A stretch of 62,990 nucleotides of DNA, counting the filler. It is 4 parts of 4 records of this genome, joined end to end, with 100 filler letters (N's around TTAATTAATTAA, not from the genome) between each part and the next. Parts side by side here need not be neighbours in the genome. Positions count along the whole stretch, not along the records: positions 14,689 to 33,307 come from DRR723986_4047; 3 more parts are not named here. One strand, given 5' to 3'. Numbering within the stretch: position 1 is the first letter of the stretch; the number at the start of each line of letters is the position of its first letter. The position numbers were made by a program, and so were the translations under genes. This document shows positions 18,043 through 28,496 of the stretch, in pieces. The notes under the pieces were generated by a model that was not told the origin of the DNA, did not search any database, and saw only the letters and a program-made list of their open reading frames with translations.

Positions 18043-20208
18043 ATGCGTATACTCCTATTCAATAATTGCCTGCTGCTGCTTGCTCTGTTTTGCCTGCCGG
18101 CACAAACGCAATCACAGACTATCACGCTAACTGAATTTCCAGAAACGTATCAGCTGTATCCGCGTGAGCAGGATAATCTGGCCGAGATTGACGTTAGTGG
18201 TACCGTCAACAATCCGACTGCAAACGATTCACTGGTTTTTCATGTGCGGCGCGAGGGCCAGAGCATTGACCGGCGCAGCCGCGCACTGACTGTATTTGCA
18301 CCCGAGAATCGCTTTAGCTTCCGCTTTAAATTGCCGGCGGAACTGGCCAATTACAGTTTTGAATTGCGTTTGGTGGGGCCAAACCGCGATGAGCAACTCG
18401 GCTTTGCCGATAGTGTCGTGGCCGGAGATGTAATTATCCTAAACGGGCAGTCAAACGCCTGTGAGTACGGCAGCTCCCAGATTATTGTTAACCAATTCTG
18501 CCGCACCTTTGGAATGGGTGACCAAGGCTGGAATTTGGCGAATCATGTTAACAAAGTTGTCCACAATACCGGCATTCTTGGCTTTGCAATTCAGGACTAT
18601 TTGTCTCGAGACCTTAACATTCCAGTCTGCATGATTAACGGAGCAATTAGCGGCAGCTGGATGGGCATCCAGGTTCCCAACCCAGAAAACCGGGCCGACA
18701 TGGAAACAATTTATGGGCGCATGCTGGACCGTCTGGAGCGCTCCGGCACTAAAAATCACGCGCGCGCACTTTTCTGGTATCTGGGTGAAGCTGAAACCGG
18801 GCGCGGCATCGAAAACTATTTGCGGCATTGGGATTTACTGTACCAGGCCTGGCAAAAAGACTTCCCCGCAATTGAAAGGTTCTACATCTATCAGATCCGC
18901 CCAGGTTGTGTGGAAACTAACGAGACGCACGCGCAGGTACGTGAGGCCCAGCGCCTGCTGGACAGCGTTGAGAATGTGCAAGTAATCAGCACCTGCGGAC
19001 GCCCGGGCTTTAAAGGCTGCCACTATAAGTTTGAGGGTTACCTGGACATGGCACGCAATTCCACGGACTTACTCCTTGAACAAATCTACAATGTTAACAC
19101 AAACAAGCCGTACTTAAAGTCTCCCAATATTAAACGCGCCTGTTACAGCTCACCCGCAAAAGATCGGATTACACTTGAGTTTGACACCGCCCTGGACTGG
19201 CCGTTTAAACTCGACTCTAACGGAGCACGCTTACGCGACTATTTCCTCCTCGATGGGCGCACGGCGCAGGCCGAATGGGGCACTGCCGTCGGGCCATTTA
19301 TTTACCTCACCTTACGCGAGCCATCGGACGCTACCCAGATCACCTATCTTCCGAATGTGTTTTATGACGAGGTCCTGCACGGCCGTGAATCCGTTGTTTA
19401 TCAGGGGCCATTCCTGCGCAACCCCGCAGGTGTAGGTGCACTCTCTTTCCTGCGCTTCCCAATCGATGAATTCTCCAGTGATACGCGGGAGTTTAAACAG
19501 CGCTTAACAATTGACGGCGCTACAACACTTTGTCCGGATGAGACAACGACCATCAGTGCTCCTGAGGGCTTTGAAATATACATCTGGTCTAATGGCATGA
19601 GTGGCCGTGAAATTTCGGTTGCAGGCCGCGAAACTGACCTGGGACTGCTGGCAATTGACGCGGACAACAATTACAGCGCAGGCAGTGTGGCTGTACGACT
19701 TGACACTGCTCCGGCACCACGTTTAAGTTTTGATGAAACGACGGGCCGTCTGCACAGTAATGTTGTAGCGCGCGATTACATCTGGTTCCGCAACGACGAG
19801 GCTTTAACACCGCTCCAGGGTTTAAACAGCATTGTGGCTCCGGACTCGGCGAACTATCGCGTGGAAGTTGAATACCTTAACGGTTGCCGCGCCGCATCGA
19901 ACGTGTTAATGGTCGTCCCCAAACGCACGACAGGTGTAACGTTAACACAAAACAGCCGCCAGAAACTGCGGCTTTACCCCAACCCCACCCAAAATACTGT
20001 TAATTTTATCTGGGAGCATGCGGCAACTTCCAACACACAGATTTACCTGCGCGATACATTCGGAAGAACCGTTCAGCAGCATTCACGCAATGTCCTACAA
20101 TTCAACGACAAAGTGAGCCTGGATGTTAAAACATTGGCTGCAGGCGTCTATTATCTAACAATCGATTCGCCTGACCAGACTACGAGTGTGATGTTACTTA
20201 AACAATGA
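18043..20208 (+). CDS. Secreted SGNH/SASA (sialate O-acetylesterase-like) protein with T9SS C-terminal domain
   Basis: Signal peptide; GDVIILNGQSNA, WYLGE, QVREAQ and GCHY motifs; C-terminal LYPNP...AAGVYYL. Confidence 0.8.
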   Translation: MRILLFNNCLLLLALFCLPAQTQSQTITLTEFPETYQLYPREQDNLAEIDVSGTVNNPTANDSLVFHVRREGQSIDRRSRALTVFAPENRFSFRFKLPAELANYSFELRLVGPNRDEQLGFADSVVAGDVIILNGQSNACEYGSSQIIVNQFCRTFGMGDQGWNLANHVNKVVHNTGILGFAIQDYLSRDLNIPVCMINGAISGSWMGIQVPNPENRADMETIYGRMLDRLERSGTKNHARALFWYLGEAETGRGIENYLRHWDLLYQAWQKDFPAIERFYIYQIRPGCVETNETHAQVREAQRLLDSVENVQVISTCGRPGFKGCHYKFEGYLDMARNSTDLLLEQIYNVNTNKPYLKSPNIKRACYSSPAKDRITLEFDTALDWPFKLDSNGARLRDYFLLDGRTAQAEWGTAVGPFIYLTLREPSDATQITYLPNVFYDEVLHGRESVVYQGPFLRNPAGVGALSFLRFPIDEFSSDTREFKQRLTIDGATTLCPDETTTISAPEGFEIYIWSNGMSGREISVAGRETDLGLLAIDADNNYSAGSVAVRLDTAPAPRLSFDETTGRLHSNVVARDYIWFRNDEALTPLQGLNSIVAPDSANYRVEVEYLNGCRAASNVLMVVPKRTTGVTLTQNSRQKLRLYPNPTQNTVNFIWEHAATSNTQIYLRDTFGRTVQQHSRNVLQFNDKVSLDVKTLAAGVYYLTIDSPDQTTSVMLLKQ

Positions 20209-20343
20209 CCAGCCGGCATTAATCACGCGTACTCCAGGCATTCATTGACAGCAGCTAAACTGGTCTGGTTTTGTTTCAGAACGCCGCGCCATAGGCCCCC
20301 AGAGCAAAGCCTCACGGGCACGAATCGCACAATTGGCTAGCTC

Positions 20344-20360
20344 TTTCTTTTTGTTAGTCG
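20344..20360 (-). repeat. 17-bp repeat, copy 2 (inverted relative to copy 1)
   Basis: TTTCTTTTTGTTAGTCG, in the gap between convergent genes. Confidence 0.7.
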
Positions 20361-20423
20361 GCGAGTCCTTAGCCGGAATCTCTGTGAGTCTCCAGTCTTT
20401 GTAGCAGCAGAGTTAACATGCGC

Positions 20424-22493
20424 TTATTCGATAGGTGTCTCCACCTCAACTTCTACAGTCCGGCAGTAAAAGCGGCCCTCCGGCAGCGAGTTATTAAACA
20501 GAAGTTCATCTTCTCCAAAACCGCGTGCCACCGTATTTGCCAGTCCCAACGCATTTGCCGCACTCACAGCACGCCGGCGTGAGAGGTCGGCGTTAAACTC
20601 TGCGTCACCCGTGCGGTCAGTATAACCGCCAATGCGCACAGTCGATTCTGCGGTAATGCGCTCCTGAATCAGCTCGATAATCTCGCTGTTGCGTGCGCCT
20701 AACTCCGCCGATCCAAAGTCAAACAGAATCAGACTAAATCGATCAATGCGCGAGTCTTCAATTCCTTCCGCACGCTTGCGCTGCAGAGTAACAACCTCTA
20801 CGGGCAGCACCTGTTCCGGCGCCGTCGCTGCATTGCCGGCCTTGTCAGTGTAGTTAAACTGCACGCGCAAATCGCCCTGGCCGATTGCCTTAAGTCCGCG
20901 TTCGCTGGGCTGCCAGTCTACAAAAACATCAGGCGCACCTTCGCCAGTACGGCTGAACAACTCGCGGTCGTTCTGCAAAAGGCGCAGCTCCCAGCTGCGC
21001 ACACCACGCCGCGTTTTAGCCTGGGGACGCAAACGTATTTTGGGCACCGAAACACGGTACAGAGTGTCGCTCAATAATATTGGTGCCAGAATGGAGGGAT
21101 CATCACTCGTTAACTCCACCCGTCTGTTTTCGGCGCGGCCATCGGCATCCTCTGAGTTAGACGGCACCTGAGGCAAATTGCGGCTGGAAATGTTAAGCTG
21201 TCCCGCCGAAACACCATACTGGCTTATCAGGAAATCGGCGACCGCCTGCGCGCGTTGGCCGGAGAGCTCAGAGTTTTGCTGCTCGGCGCCCGTATCCGCA
21301 TTACAACCAACGAGGTTCAGACTTGCACCCGAATTCGCTCTGAGCCGCTCCGCAAGCATCGGCAAAATCTTGTGGTAAATCTCCAACGTTGATTTTCTGC
21401 GCAGCTTGTCACTGGAATTTTCTTGCGCCGTATAACGTGCAGGCAGTTCGGAAGCACCTTCGTCAAAGAAGATATAATTCAGGAGGGGTACCATCTTGTC
21501 CGTCAGCGTTTCCTCAACGCTAATCGAAGCCAGATCGCGCTCAACTTCGCGACCATTGTCATTGAGTTCCAGGGCTGAAACCACAAGGCCGGCACTGGGA
21601 GCCTCGAAACGTTCTGAGTTAACAGTAGTGGGAACATTGTCGGCCACATCGGGTTGATCCGTGGCTGGAACTTGTGGCGGCGTGCGCCGAACCGGTGCCG
21701 AAGCTGGACCAGCGGCGCGCACCCACTTAAACGCAACACCAACGCGCAAGGCACTGACCGTCCAGTCGAGGTCTTTGGCTACATTGCCGAATCCCAGCGT
21801 GTACATCACTTCTGGAGCAAGTAACAGGCGCCGTGTGCTGTTAAGCGGCAAATCATAAGACATCCCCACGGTCAGGCCGAGGTCGAGCGTTTCCACATTT
21901 GGAATGTCATCGGCATACGAGTTGCGCACGCGGGTCTGAGTATCTTCAAACACACCGAAGTCCGGCTGGATGATCTCTTCTTTTTGTTCAAAGTTGGCAA
22001 CAAAACGATACGCCAGCATTGGCCCGGCATACAATGAGAACCCATCAAATGCCTGATACTCAAACAAAGGCTCAAGTCCCACAGAAACCAACGTCGCGTC
22101 TATCGAATGCTCAAATGTTCCATCCACCAGCTGCCCGTCAAGCGTTGCAACCGACGTCCCTTCTTCGCGCAGCAATTCTCCGCTGGGCGCATGCACACCC
22201 AGGCGCGCCTGCAAACCAAAGTTGGAAGCCCAGGGCCAGCTGTATAGAATTCCAGCGTTAAACCCAGAGCCACTGCCCTCTTCAAACTGCGGACAGCAGG
22301 TCGGAAAGTCAGGACTCAACTGCTGGAAATCAACTGCATGTGAATTGAGGTTAAAATTAACAAAGGCGCCAAATTCAGGTAACATCGCGGTCTGCCCGTC
22401 TGCGGACTGCGCATGCAGCGGAGCAGCGGCTAACAGGGCACTTAAACAAACTGTTAAAGCCGTAAAGCTTAGGTTGCGGAGCAGTTGATGCAT
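20424..22493 (-). CDS. Outer-membrane beta-barrel protein with two OmpA-like peptidoglycan-binding domains
   Basis: Signal peptide; amphipathic beta-strand N-terminal half; YIFFDEG..LSGQRAQAV..ENRRVE and LFDFGS..GYTDRTG..LSRRRA..CRTVE. Confidence 0.85.
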   Translation of the reverse strand: MHQLLRNLSFTALTVCLSALLAAAPLHAQSADGQTAMLPEFGAFVNFNLNSHAVDFQQLSPDFPTCCPQFEEGSGSGFNAGILYSWPWASNFGLQARLGVHAPSGELLREEGTSVATLDGQLVDGTFEHSIDATLVSVGLEPLFEYQAFDGFSLYAGPMLAYRFVANFEQKEEIIQPDFGVFEDTQTRVRNSYADDIPNVETLDLGLTVGMSYDLPLNSTRRLLLAPEVMYTLGFGNVAKDLDWTVSALRVGVAFKWVRAAGPASAPVRRTPPQVPATDQPDVADNVPTTVNSERFEAPSAGLVVSALELNDNGREVERDLASISVEETLTDKMVPLLNYIFFDEGASELPARYTAQENSSDKLRRKSTLEIYHKILPMLAERLRANSGASLNLVGCNADTGAEQQNSELSGQRAQAVADFLISQYGVSAGQLNISSRNLPQVPSNSEDADGRAENRRVELTSDDPSILAPILLSDTLYRVSVPKIRLRPQAKTRRGVRSWELRLLQNDRELFSRTGEGAPDVFVDWQPSERGLKAIGQGDLRVQFNYTDKAGNAATAPEQVLPVEVVTLQRKRAEGIEDSRIDRFSLILFDFGSAELGARNSEIIELIQERITAESTVRIGGYTDRTGDAEFNADLSRRRAVSAANALGLANTVARGFGEDELLFNNSLPEGRFYCRTVEVEVETPIE

Positions 22494-22577
22494 GTATATT
22501 CCAGTTTGAATGTCTTCAGTAGCTCAGGCCCGGATAACCTTTTCAGCAAACAAATATTGTATTGCCACCGGAAAGTC

Positions 22578-25500
22578 CTACCTGAGAATCACGAGTGAAG
22601 CAAATCGTTCAATATTTAATGAGCGCATGCGGATTAAATAAACACCATTTGCCAACTCACTCAAATCTACATTGATGCGGTACGCTCCGGGAGCCACTAT
22701 TTGCCGCAGCAGGCTGCGGACGGTTTGTCCCGAGCGATCAAAAATTTCAAATTCAACCAGGCCGCGTTCGATGGAGACAAACGCAATCTCGGCATTGTCA
22801 ACCACAGGGTTCGGCAACACGCGCACTTCCGGAACAGCGCCGAAGGGATCAAACAGACGCGTACCGTCTACGCGGCACAGATTTTCCAGTGTGAACAATG
22901 CCGAACCACCTTCAACTTCGTCGAATGCAGACGCTGCAAAGCCATTCAACCACGTAAATCCACTTATGCGCACTGCCGACTGCTCCACATGACCCAAAGC
23001 GGCGCGAAAGGCCACATCTCCCAGAATACTGGATGTTCCGTCCCACGCCATATCAAAGGCAGCACGCACGCGATGTTCCCCGGGTGAGCTTGTGGCATCT
23101 ACACGCTCAGCCGGTACCAGCACTGAAGCATTGTACTCCAGCTCTACGCGGCAGGCACGTGCGGGCAGGCCGGCAGTCAGCATTTCTTCCAAATTCACGA
23201 ATGACAGGCGCGCGGCGGTCGTTTCACCCACGGCAGCCGAAAAATCGGCGATATCCAGCTGCGCCGGAATTGCGCGGGCATAAACTAAAACCTCGTGCCG
23301 GTCAAGCGTGCCGTCAATCTCGAAAAATACCAGAACATTGTTAATACCGGCAATTCGCGGTACAAAGCGCATATTCAGGTCCAGCGATTCACCTGCCGCC
23401 AAAACCTGACCACGCGGATTCGCAACAATCTCAAACCACTGGCTGTGTGGGCCGGCAATCCAGATATTTGTAAGAGTACGTGGCGCGGAGGCTTCATTAA
23501 CCAGAAAGTCACTCAGGACAGCGTCGCGTGGATCACCGCCAACGATTACACTGCCCATGTCCAGGAGCAGATTTGAAGTGCGCACCTGATTGTCCAGGCC
23601 TACCCCGCTTAGCTGCGCCGAAACGCTGGTATCACCGATGATGACATGCAGGTCGCGTTCATACACACCCGCCTGCGTTGGGAACAATTCAATCGGAAGG
23701 ACCAAAGAGTCTCCGGCGGGGATCGTCACATTACTCTCCCAGGTGCCGACTTGCCTGAATGCTTCGCGCCACTCCAGCATGGAGTTATTGACACCGAAAA
23801 AGGTAAAAGGCCGCGCACCGCGATTTATGATGCGTGGGTTTTGATATGCATTCAGGGCGAAAAAAACCTGTGATTCTTCAGCCAAACCATCTAAAAACTC
23901 AATTTCAGCTTCCGCCGAGCGAAGATTCACAGTAACTGATTCGGCCTGCGAGCGCGTGTAGCGCGTATCCCAAACTTCGAGTTTGCCAATTCCAGGGCGC
24001 ATCAGCAAACGCTCACCATCCGGATGCCAGGACACCTGATCAATGAATGACAATGACTCAAGCTCCAGACTCAAATCAGCGGCAGTATCAAAATCGAAAA
24101 TTCGAATCACGAGATTGCTGAATGCAACCGCCAAACGCGTGCCGTCAGCCGTCCAGTCCATCGAAACTACAACACTGTTTTCGTTGGCACGCTTCGCAAT
24201 GTATAAGCGCTCGATGTCGCCGCTCGACAGGTCTACGATTGCCACATAATCTACGTCCGCAGCTACAGCGACTCTTGCCTGTGTCGGGTGCCAGGCCACA
24301 GACCGAAGGGACGGCTCGCGCAGGGAGCCGAACACTTCAAATTCTTCGACCTGATCGGCATCTGCATCCCAAACAAACAGCTGGTTCGAGAAGGTCACCA
24401 CTGCAGCACGGCGTCCACCGCGCTTCTCCCAGTCGTAATCGGCTATGGAGCGTTCAAAACTGCGCTGCCTAACGATTGCGTCAGAGGGTCCATCCAGGAG
24501 CAGCACATCTTGTCCGCGGCTGCAGCTTATCTGATCACGGTCCGGCCGCCAACGCGCATTGCGCCCTTCCCAGCCGACCTGCTCTGAGGCGCGCAGTGTT
24601 CCATCCGCACCATAAATTCCCAGCTCACGCCCAACCGTAAAAGCTGCCAGACTTCCGGTGGCGGCGTCGCGCTCAAATTCCAGCAGGCTCAAATCCTGCA
24701 GGCCGTCAATCACCTGCGTACTTTCATCAGCTGCGCGCCAGGCAAGTGGAGCACCGCCGTCTCCAATCTCCAGCTCTGAACCATCCGAATTCCAATTCGC
24801 CGAAAAACTGCGGATGTTGCCACTCTCAACACGTCCGGCCTCAGCGTCACTTTTAAGGTCATAAGCCACAATTTCTTCAAGGGCATTCCGCGCCGAGCGC
24901 AGCCAAAGCAGCGTTCGACCATTGCGACTGAGGCGCAGAGCCCTGAGGTCAGTGCCGGCCTCAATAGTTGAAAGCCGCAACCCGCTCTCACCACTCCACA
25001 GTTCAATATCTGCAGAAGAAGAGCTGGCCAGGAAAAACACATTGCTCTGCTGATCCCATTCAAAGTAGCGGGCCCTTGTCGCTTCTGCTACGACCAATCT
25101 GCCGGCATCCGGATCATCAATTTCCAGGACTTGCACGGCGCCATTGGTTTGCAACAGAGCAACGGTTTCCCCGAAATCACCGCCGGCGACGTCCCGAAAC
25201 TGACTACCTAACTCGGAAATGATGAAGGGCCGGATTGCGGCAGACTCCCATGGCCAGGCCACCACCCGATTATCGGATCGTACAATCACCACATGATTCT
25301 CGGAGGCCGTCCAGCCGACTTTGGCATAAAACTCTTCAGACCCAAATGTGCTGCTGCGCAATATTTTCTGCGTGCGATAATTCCAGATGACAATACTGCC
25401 GTTCCAATCGATTGCCGCCAGCAGGTTACCAGTCGGGCTCCAACTGATGTCTTGAATCGTTGTGGCTCCAACATCCTTAAAATGCTGAAATGCACCTGAC

Positions 25501-27236
25501 TGCACATTGAGTAAGGCCAAATCCCTTCCATTGATATTAAACACGAGACTTTTGCCGTCCGGATGCCAGTCGAGCACGCGTGGAATCTGCGCAAACGGAA
25601 ATCTGAGAGTCCTTAACAAACGGCCCGTCTGCACCTCGAAGATATCAATGCTTCCAGGGTTGTTCGCATTGGCCATCAGGTCGCCGGAAGGTGAAACAGC
25701 CAGTGTGGTTGGTGAGACCGCCTGAATTGTTTGGTAAGCCGGCGTCCCAGTTGTTGCATTAGCCTGATACAAGGATGCCCGCACCTGAAGGGCACTACCA
25801 TTCAGCGCCGGAACTAACCAGTCATATTGACCGCCACGCGCCAGATCACTTATCAACGCCCACGACTGCCCAGCATCTGTGCTGAACTCCAGACGCACCG
25901 GTGTATTTGTGGCAACGCCACTCCAGCGGATCGGATAGAGATGATGTTCGCCCAGCAGTTCACCTTCCTGCGGAGCCTCAAGTACTAACCCACCCTCGGA
26001 ACTCTGCAGGCGATCGCCACCCGCGCATTCAATATTGACTTCACTGCAAAGTGAAGTAAGATACTGCACGGTTCCAGTGGAGTAAGCCGCGCCGCCTGGA
26101 CGATATCGAATCGTGAATTCTACAGTCTCGCCTGGCTCCAAAGTCCGGCGCTCCGGCATCAGAGCGATGATTTCAAATTCGGCGTTTGAACTGACAGGAA
26201 CATCAAAGCGCAGCGGGGCTCCAAGCGCCGTTCCGCTGATCACAGTGTCGCGGAACTCACCGCGCGGTACAAATCCAAAGTCAACAGAACGCGGCAAGTA
26301 TTCCAGACGCGGCAGCTGCTCAGCAGTCACCTTATACGTCGTGGCAGCGGGTTGCCTAAACTGCCGCGACGAAACCTCAACTTCCTGCAGGCCGGCGCAA
26401 CGGGCCGTACTTGTCCATTTCAACTCAAAACGGCGACTGTCCAGGCCGTGCAACATTATATTGCGCATTGCACGTCCAAAGGGCTGCGCTTGCAACTGCC
26501 GGTTGAGCATTACCTCCGCCTGGCTCGTACGCACCTGCGCCCTACCATCGGGCAGCAGATGCACATAGTAGAACTGATCACCCCGCTCCAACAGCGAAGC
26601 AGCCGTGCTCTCACCCAGCCCGTTCGTAAGCGCTGTGGAACTGATGGTAATGACACGCCGTGCGTACCGCGCCGCACCAATCTGGCGCACGAAGCCAAAA
26701 GGCTGTCCATAGGCCGCCACATTTGTACGCGCAGGAACATCCAGCCGCCAATTCTCCAGTTCATCCAGCTTCGTCAGAATGCGATTAGGGTCAGTTGTAT
26801 AGTCCTGGGCAATCAAAAAGTCTTCGAGAAATACACCCAGTGAGAATTCGGCAATTCCCGCCGTCGGCAGCTGAGTGACTTCGGCAAGAACCTGCCGGAT
26901 CAAAACTTTAGTGGCTGGGTCATCTAGAAAGGTGGCTTCAACACATATCAGAAACGAAAGGCTGTCGCTCCGGCTGCCGGCACTCGGCGCTACTTCGTAC
27001 TCTTGTACGGCAAGGCCATTTTCCAGCAGCTGCAAAACTGTTCCGCGTTCAGCATCCACTACCCGCTCCTGCGCATCCACCATATTCAGAATGGCACGCA
27101 TTTGCGGAAAGTCGCCGGCATCCAAATGCTCGATCTCAACTGTTTGTGCGCTCACGGGCACCTGCGTGGCTGCTACGCACAGCAGCAAACACGCAAAAAA
27201 CATGAAAGTCAGGGTGGCCCGCAGTCTTGCTTTCAT
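22578..27236 (-). CDS. Large T9SS-type secreted protein: degenerate vWA, Ig/ASH-like domains, WD40 beta-propellers, C-terminal sorting domain
   Basis: Signal peptide from ATG 27236; repeated (L/V)xWxPDG...W/F motifs; VDFGFV and LDMGSV ASH-like starts; PNP...LANGVYLI C-terminus. Confidence 0.82.
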   Translation of the reverse strand: MKARLRATLTFMFFACLLLCVAATQVPVSAQTVEIEHLDAGDFPQMRAILNMVDAQERVVDAERGTVLQLLENGLAVQEYEVAPSAGSRSDSLSFLICVEATFLDDPATKVLIRQVLAEVTQLPTAGIAEFSLGVFLEDFLIAQDYTTDPNRILTKLDELENWRLDVPARTNVAAYGQPFGFVRQIGAARYARRVITISSTALTNGLGESTAASLLERGDQFYYVHLLPDGRAQVRTSQAEVMLNRQLQAQPFGRAMRNIMLHGLDSRRFELKWTSTARCAGLQEVEVSSRQFRQPAATTYKVTAEQLPRLEYLPRSVDFGFVPRGEFRDTVISGTALGAPLRFDVPVSSNAEFEIIALMPERRTLEPGETVEFTIRYRPGGAAYSTGTVQYLTSLCSEVNIECAGGDRLQSSEGGLVLEAPQEGELLGEHHLYPIRWSGVATNTPVRLEFSTDAGQSWALISDLARGGQYDWLVPALNGSALQVRASLYQANATTGTPAYQTIQAVSPTTLAVSPSGDLMANANNPGSIDIFEVQTGRLLRTLRFPFAQIPRVLDWHPDGKSLVFNINGRDLALLNVQSGAFQHFKDVGATTIQDISWSPTGNLLAAIDWNGSIVIWNYRTQKILRSSTFGSEEFYAKVGWTASENHVVIVRSDNRVVAWPWESAAIRPFIISELGSQFRDVAGGDFGETVALLQTNGAVQVLEIDDPDAGRLVVAEATRARYFEWDQQSNVFFLASSSSADIELWSGESGLRLSTIEAGTDLRALRLSRNGRTLLWLRSARNALEEIVAYDLKSDAEAGRVESGNIRSFSANWNSDGSELEIGDGGAPLAWRAADESTQVIDGLQDLSLLEFERDAATGSLAAFTVGRELGIYGADGTLRASEQVGWEGRNARWRPDRDQISCSRGQDVLLLDGPSDAIVRQRSFERSIADYDWEKRGGRRAAVVTFSNQLFVWDADADQVEEFEVFGSLREPSLRSVAWHPTQARVAVAADVDYVAIVDLSSGDIERLYIAKRANENSVVVSMDWTADGTRLAVAFSNLVIRIFDFDTAADLSLELESLSFIDQVSWHPDGERLLMRPGIGKLEVWDTRYTRSQAESVTVNLRSAEAEIEFLDGLAEESQVFFALNAYQNPRIINRGARPFTFFGVNNSMLEWREAFRQVGTWESNVTIPAGDSLVLPIELFPTQAGVYERDLHVIIGDTSVSAQLSGVGLDNQVRTSNLLLDMGSVIVGGDPRDAVLSDFLVNEASAPRTLTNIWIAGPHSQWFEIVANPRGQVLAAGESLDLNMRFVPRIAGINNVLVFFEIDGTLDRHEVLVYARAIPAQLDIADFSAAVGETTAARLSFVNLEEMLTAGLPARACRVELEYNASVLVPAERVDATSSPGEHRVRAAFDMAWDGTSSILGDVAFRAALGHVEQSAVRISGFTWLNGFAASAFDEVEGGSALFTLENLCRVDGTRLFDPFGAVPEVRVLPNPVVDNAEIAFVSIERGLVEFEIFDRSGQTVRSLLRQIVAPGAYRINVDLSELANGVYLIRMRSLNIERFASLVILR

Positions 27237-27392
27237 CTCAGTATTGATCTCTAATAGTGAGTCGAAAAGTGCTGCAAAGAGTGACACATTTACAATACAA
27301 ATAGAGGCAAGATTTTTTTCGTGCGCATATAATTTTTGCCTTCGCGCCAAGGGCGTAGCTGCCGCGTATCCCGACTAATTGAAAGCGTCGGA

Positions 27393-28424
27393 TTATTCGC
27401 GCTGAAAGTTTTCACCGCGCTGTAGGTACTCGCCAAAGTTTTGCGAGTCGATATTGGATCCGCAAACGATTAACCCAACCCGCCTTCCACGCAGTTCTTC
27501 GCGCAGCGGCCCCCATGCTGCCGCCGTTGCCGCCGCGCCGGCCGGTTCACATACCAACTTGGCTTCGTGGAACAGGAGGCTCATGGCATGACAGAGCTGA
27601 TCATCATCCACGCATACAATCTTGTCAATAAATTTGCGGCACAATCCGTAGCTGTAGTCGGCAGCATGCGGCGCCCCAAGCGAATCGGCAATAGTGTTTA
27701 CACGTTCAATTGCCTGCGGACTTCCGGCAGCAAAGCTGCGCGTCATGGTATCCGCACCAAAGGGCTCAACGCCATAAATCTGGCAACTGGCTTGTAACTG
27801 TTTTACAGCCGCCGCCACACCGGCAGCTAATCCGCCGCCGCCAATCGGAACAATCACGGCATCCAGCGCTCCGGCCTGCTCCAAAAACTCTGCTCCAAGC
27901 GTCGCCGTGCCCAAAGCGATTCCCGGCCCGTCAAAGGGATGCACAAACAAGCGCCCTTCATCGCGTTCAATTGCGCGGACGGTGTCAAATGCAGCATGGA
28001 CATTATCTCGCAACACCAGTTCGGCGCCAAGTGCACGCACACGCTGCATACGCACAGGACTGGCCGTGCGCGGCATAACCACTTTGGCGTGCACGCCCAG
28101 CAGGCGCGCAGCATATGCCAGGGCTATCGCATGATTTCCCGCACTTACAGCCGTCACGCCTGCAGCCAGTGCCGCCGGTGTTTGTGTAAGCATTACCATT
28201 AACGCGCCACGTGTCTTGAAGCTGCCGCCACGCTGAAAAAGCTCAAGCTTGGCAACAAAACTGCTGTCCGCTCCAAAATGCGTATCAAACACATCCGATT
28301 TGAGTTCCCAGCTGGGAGTAACCGGCAAATATTCGCGCAATCGCGCACGCGCTTCTGCGATCTCCGCCAAATCTGGAATAGCAGACTCTACGCGCTGCGC
28401 TGAACCATCTGTCGCTTCGCTCAT
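27393..28424 (-). CDS. PLP-dependent threonine/serine dehydratase (no ACT domain)
   Basis: KLELFQRGGSFKTRG (PLP Lys), SAGNHA, PIGGGGL, EPAGAA and CGSN motifs. Confidence 0.9.
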   Translation of the reverse strand: MSEATDGSAQRVESAIPDLAEIAEARARLREYLPVTPSWELKSDVFDTHFGADSSFVAKLELFQRGGSFKTRGALMVMLTQTPAALAAGVTAVSAGNHAIALAYAARLLGVHAKVVMPRTASPVRMQRVRALGAELVLRDNVHAAFDTVRAIERDEGRLFVHPFDGPGIALGTATLGAEFLEQAGALDAVIVPIGGGGLAAGVAAAVKQLQASCQIYGVEPFGADTMTRSFAAGSPQAIERVNTIADSLGAPHAADYSYGLCRKFIDKIVCVDDDQLCHAMSLLFHEAKLVCEPAGAAATAAAWGPLREELRGRRVGLIVCGSNIDSQNFGEYLQRGENFQRE

Positions 28425-28496
28425 TTGTTCTCACATTATATATCAGGTCGTGCCCGCAGCAATTAAAGTTGGCGCGCGCTTCCCTTCCCAAAAAAC

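Noticed and set aside
23950-25720. WD40 repeats as a diversity-generating or tandem DNA repeat system
   Set aside because: The repeats are highly diverged at DNA level; no reverse transcriptase or template/variable repeat pair.
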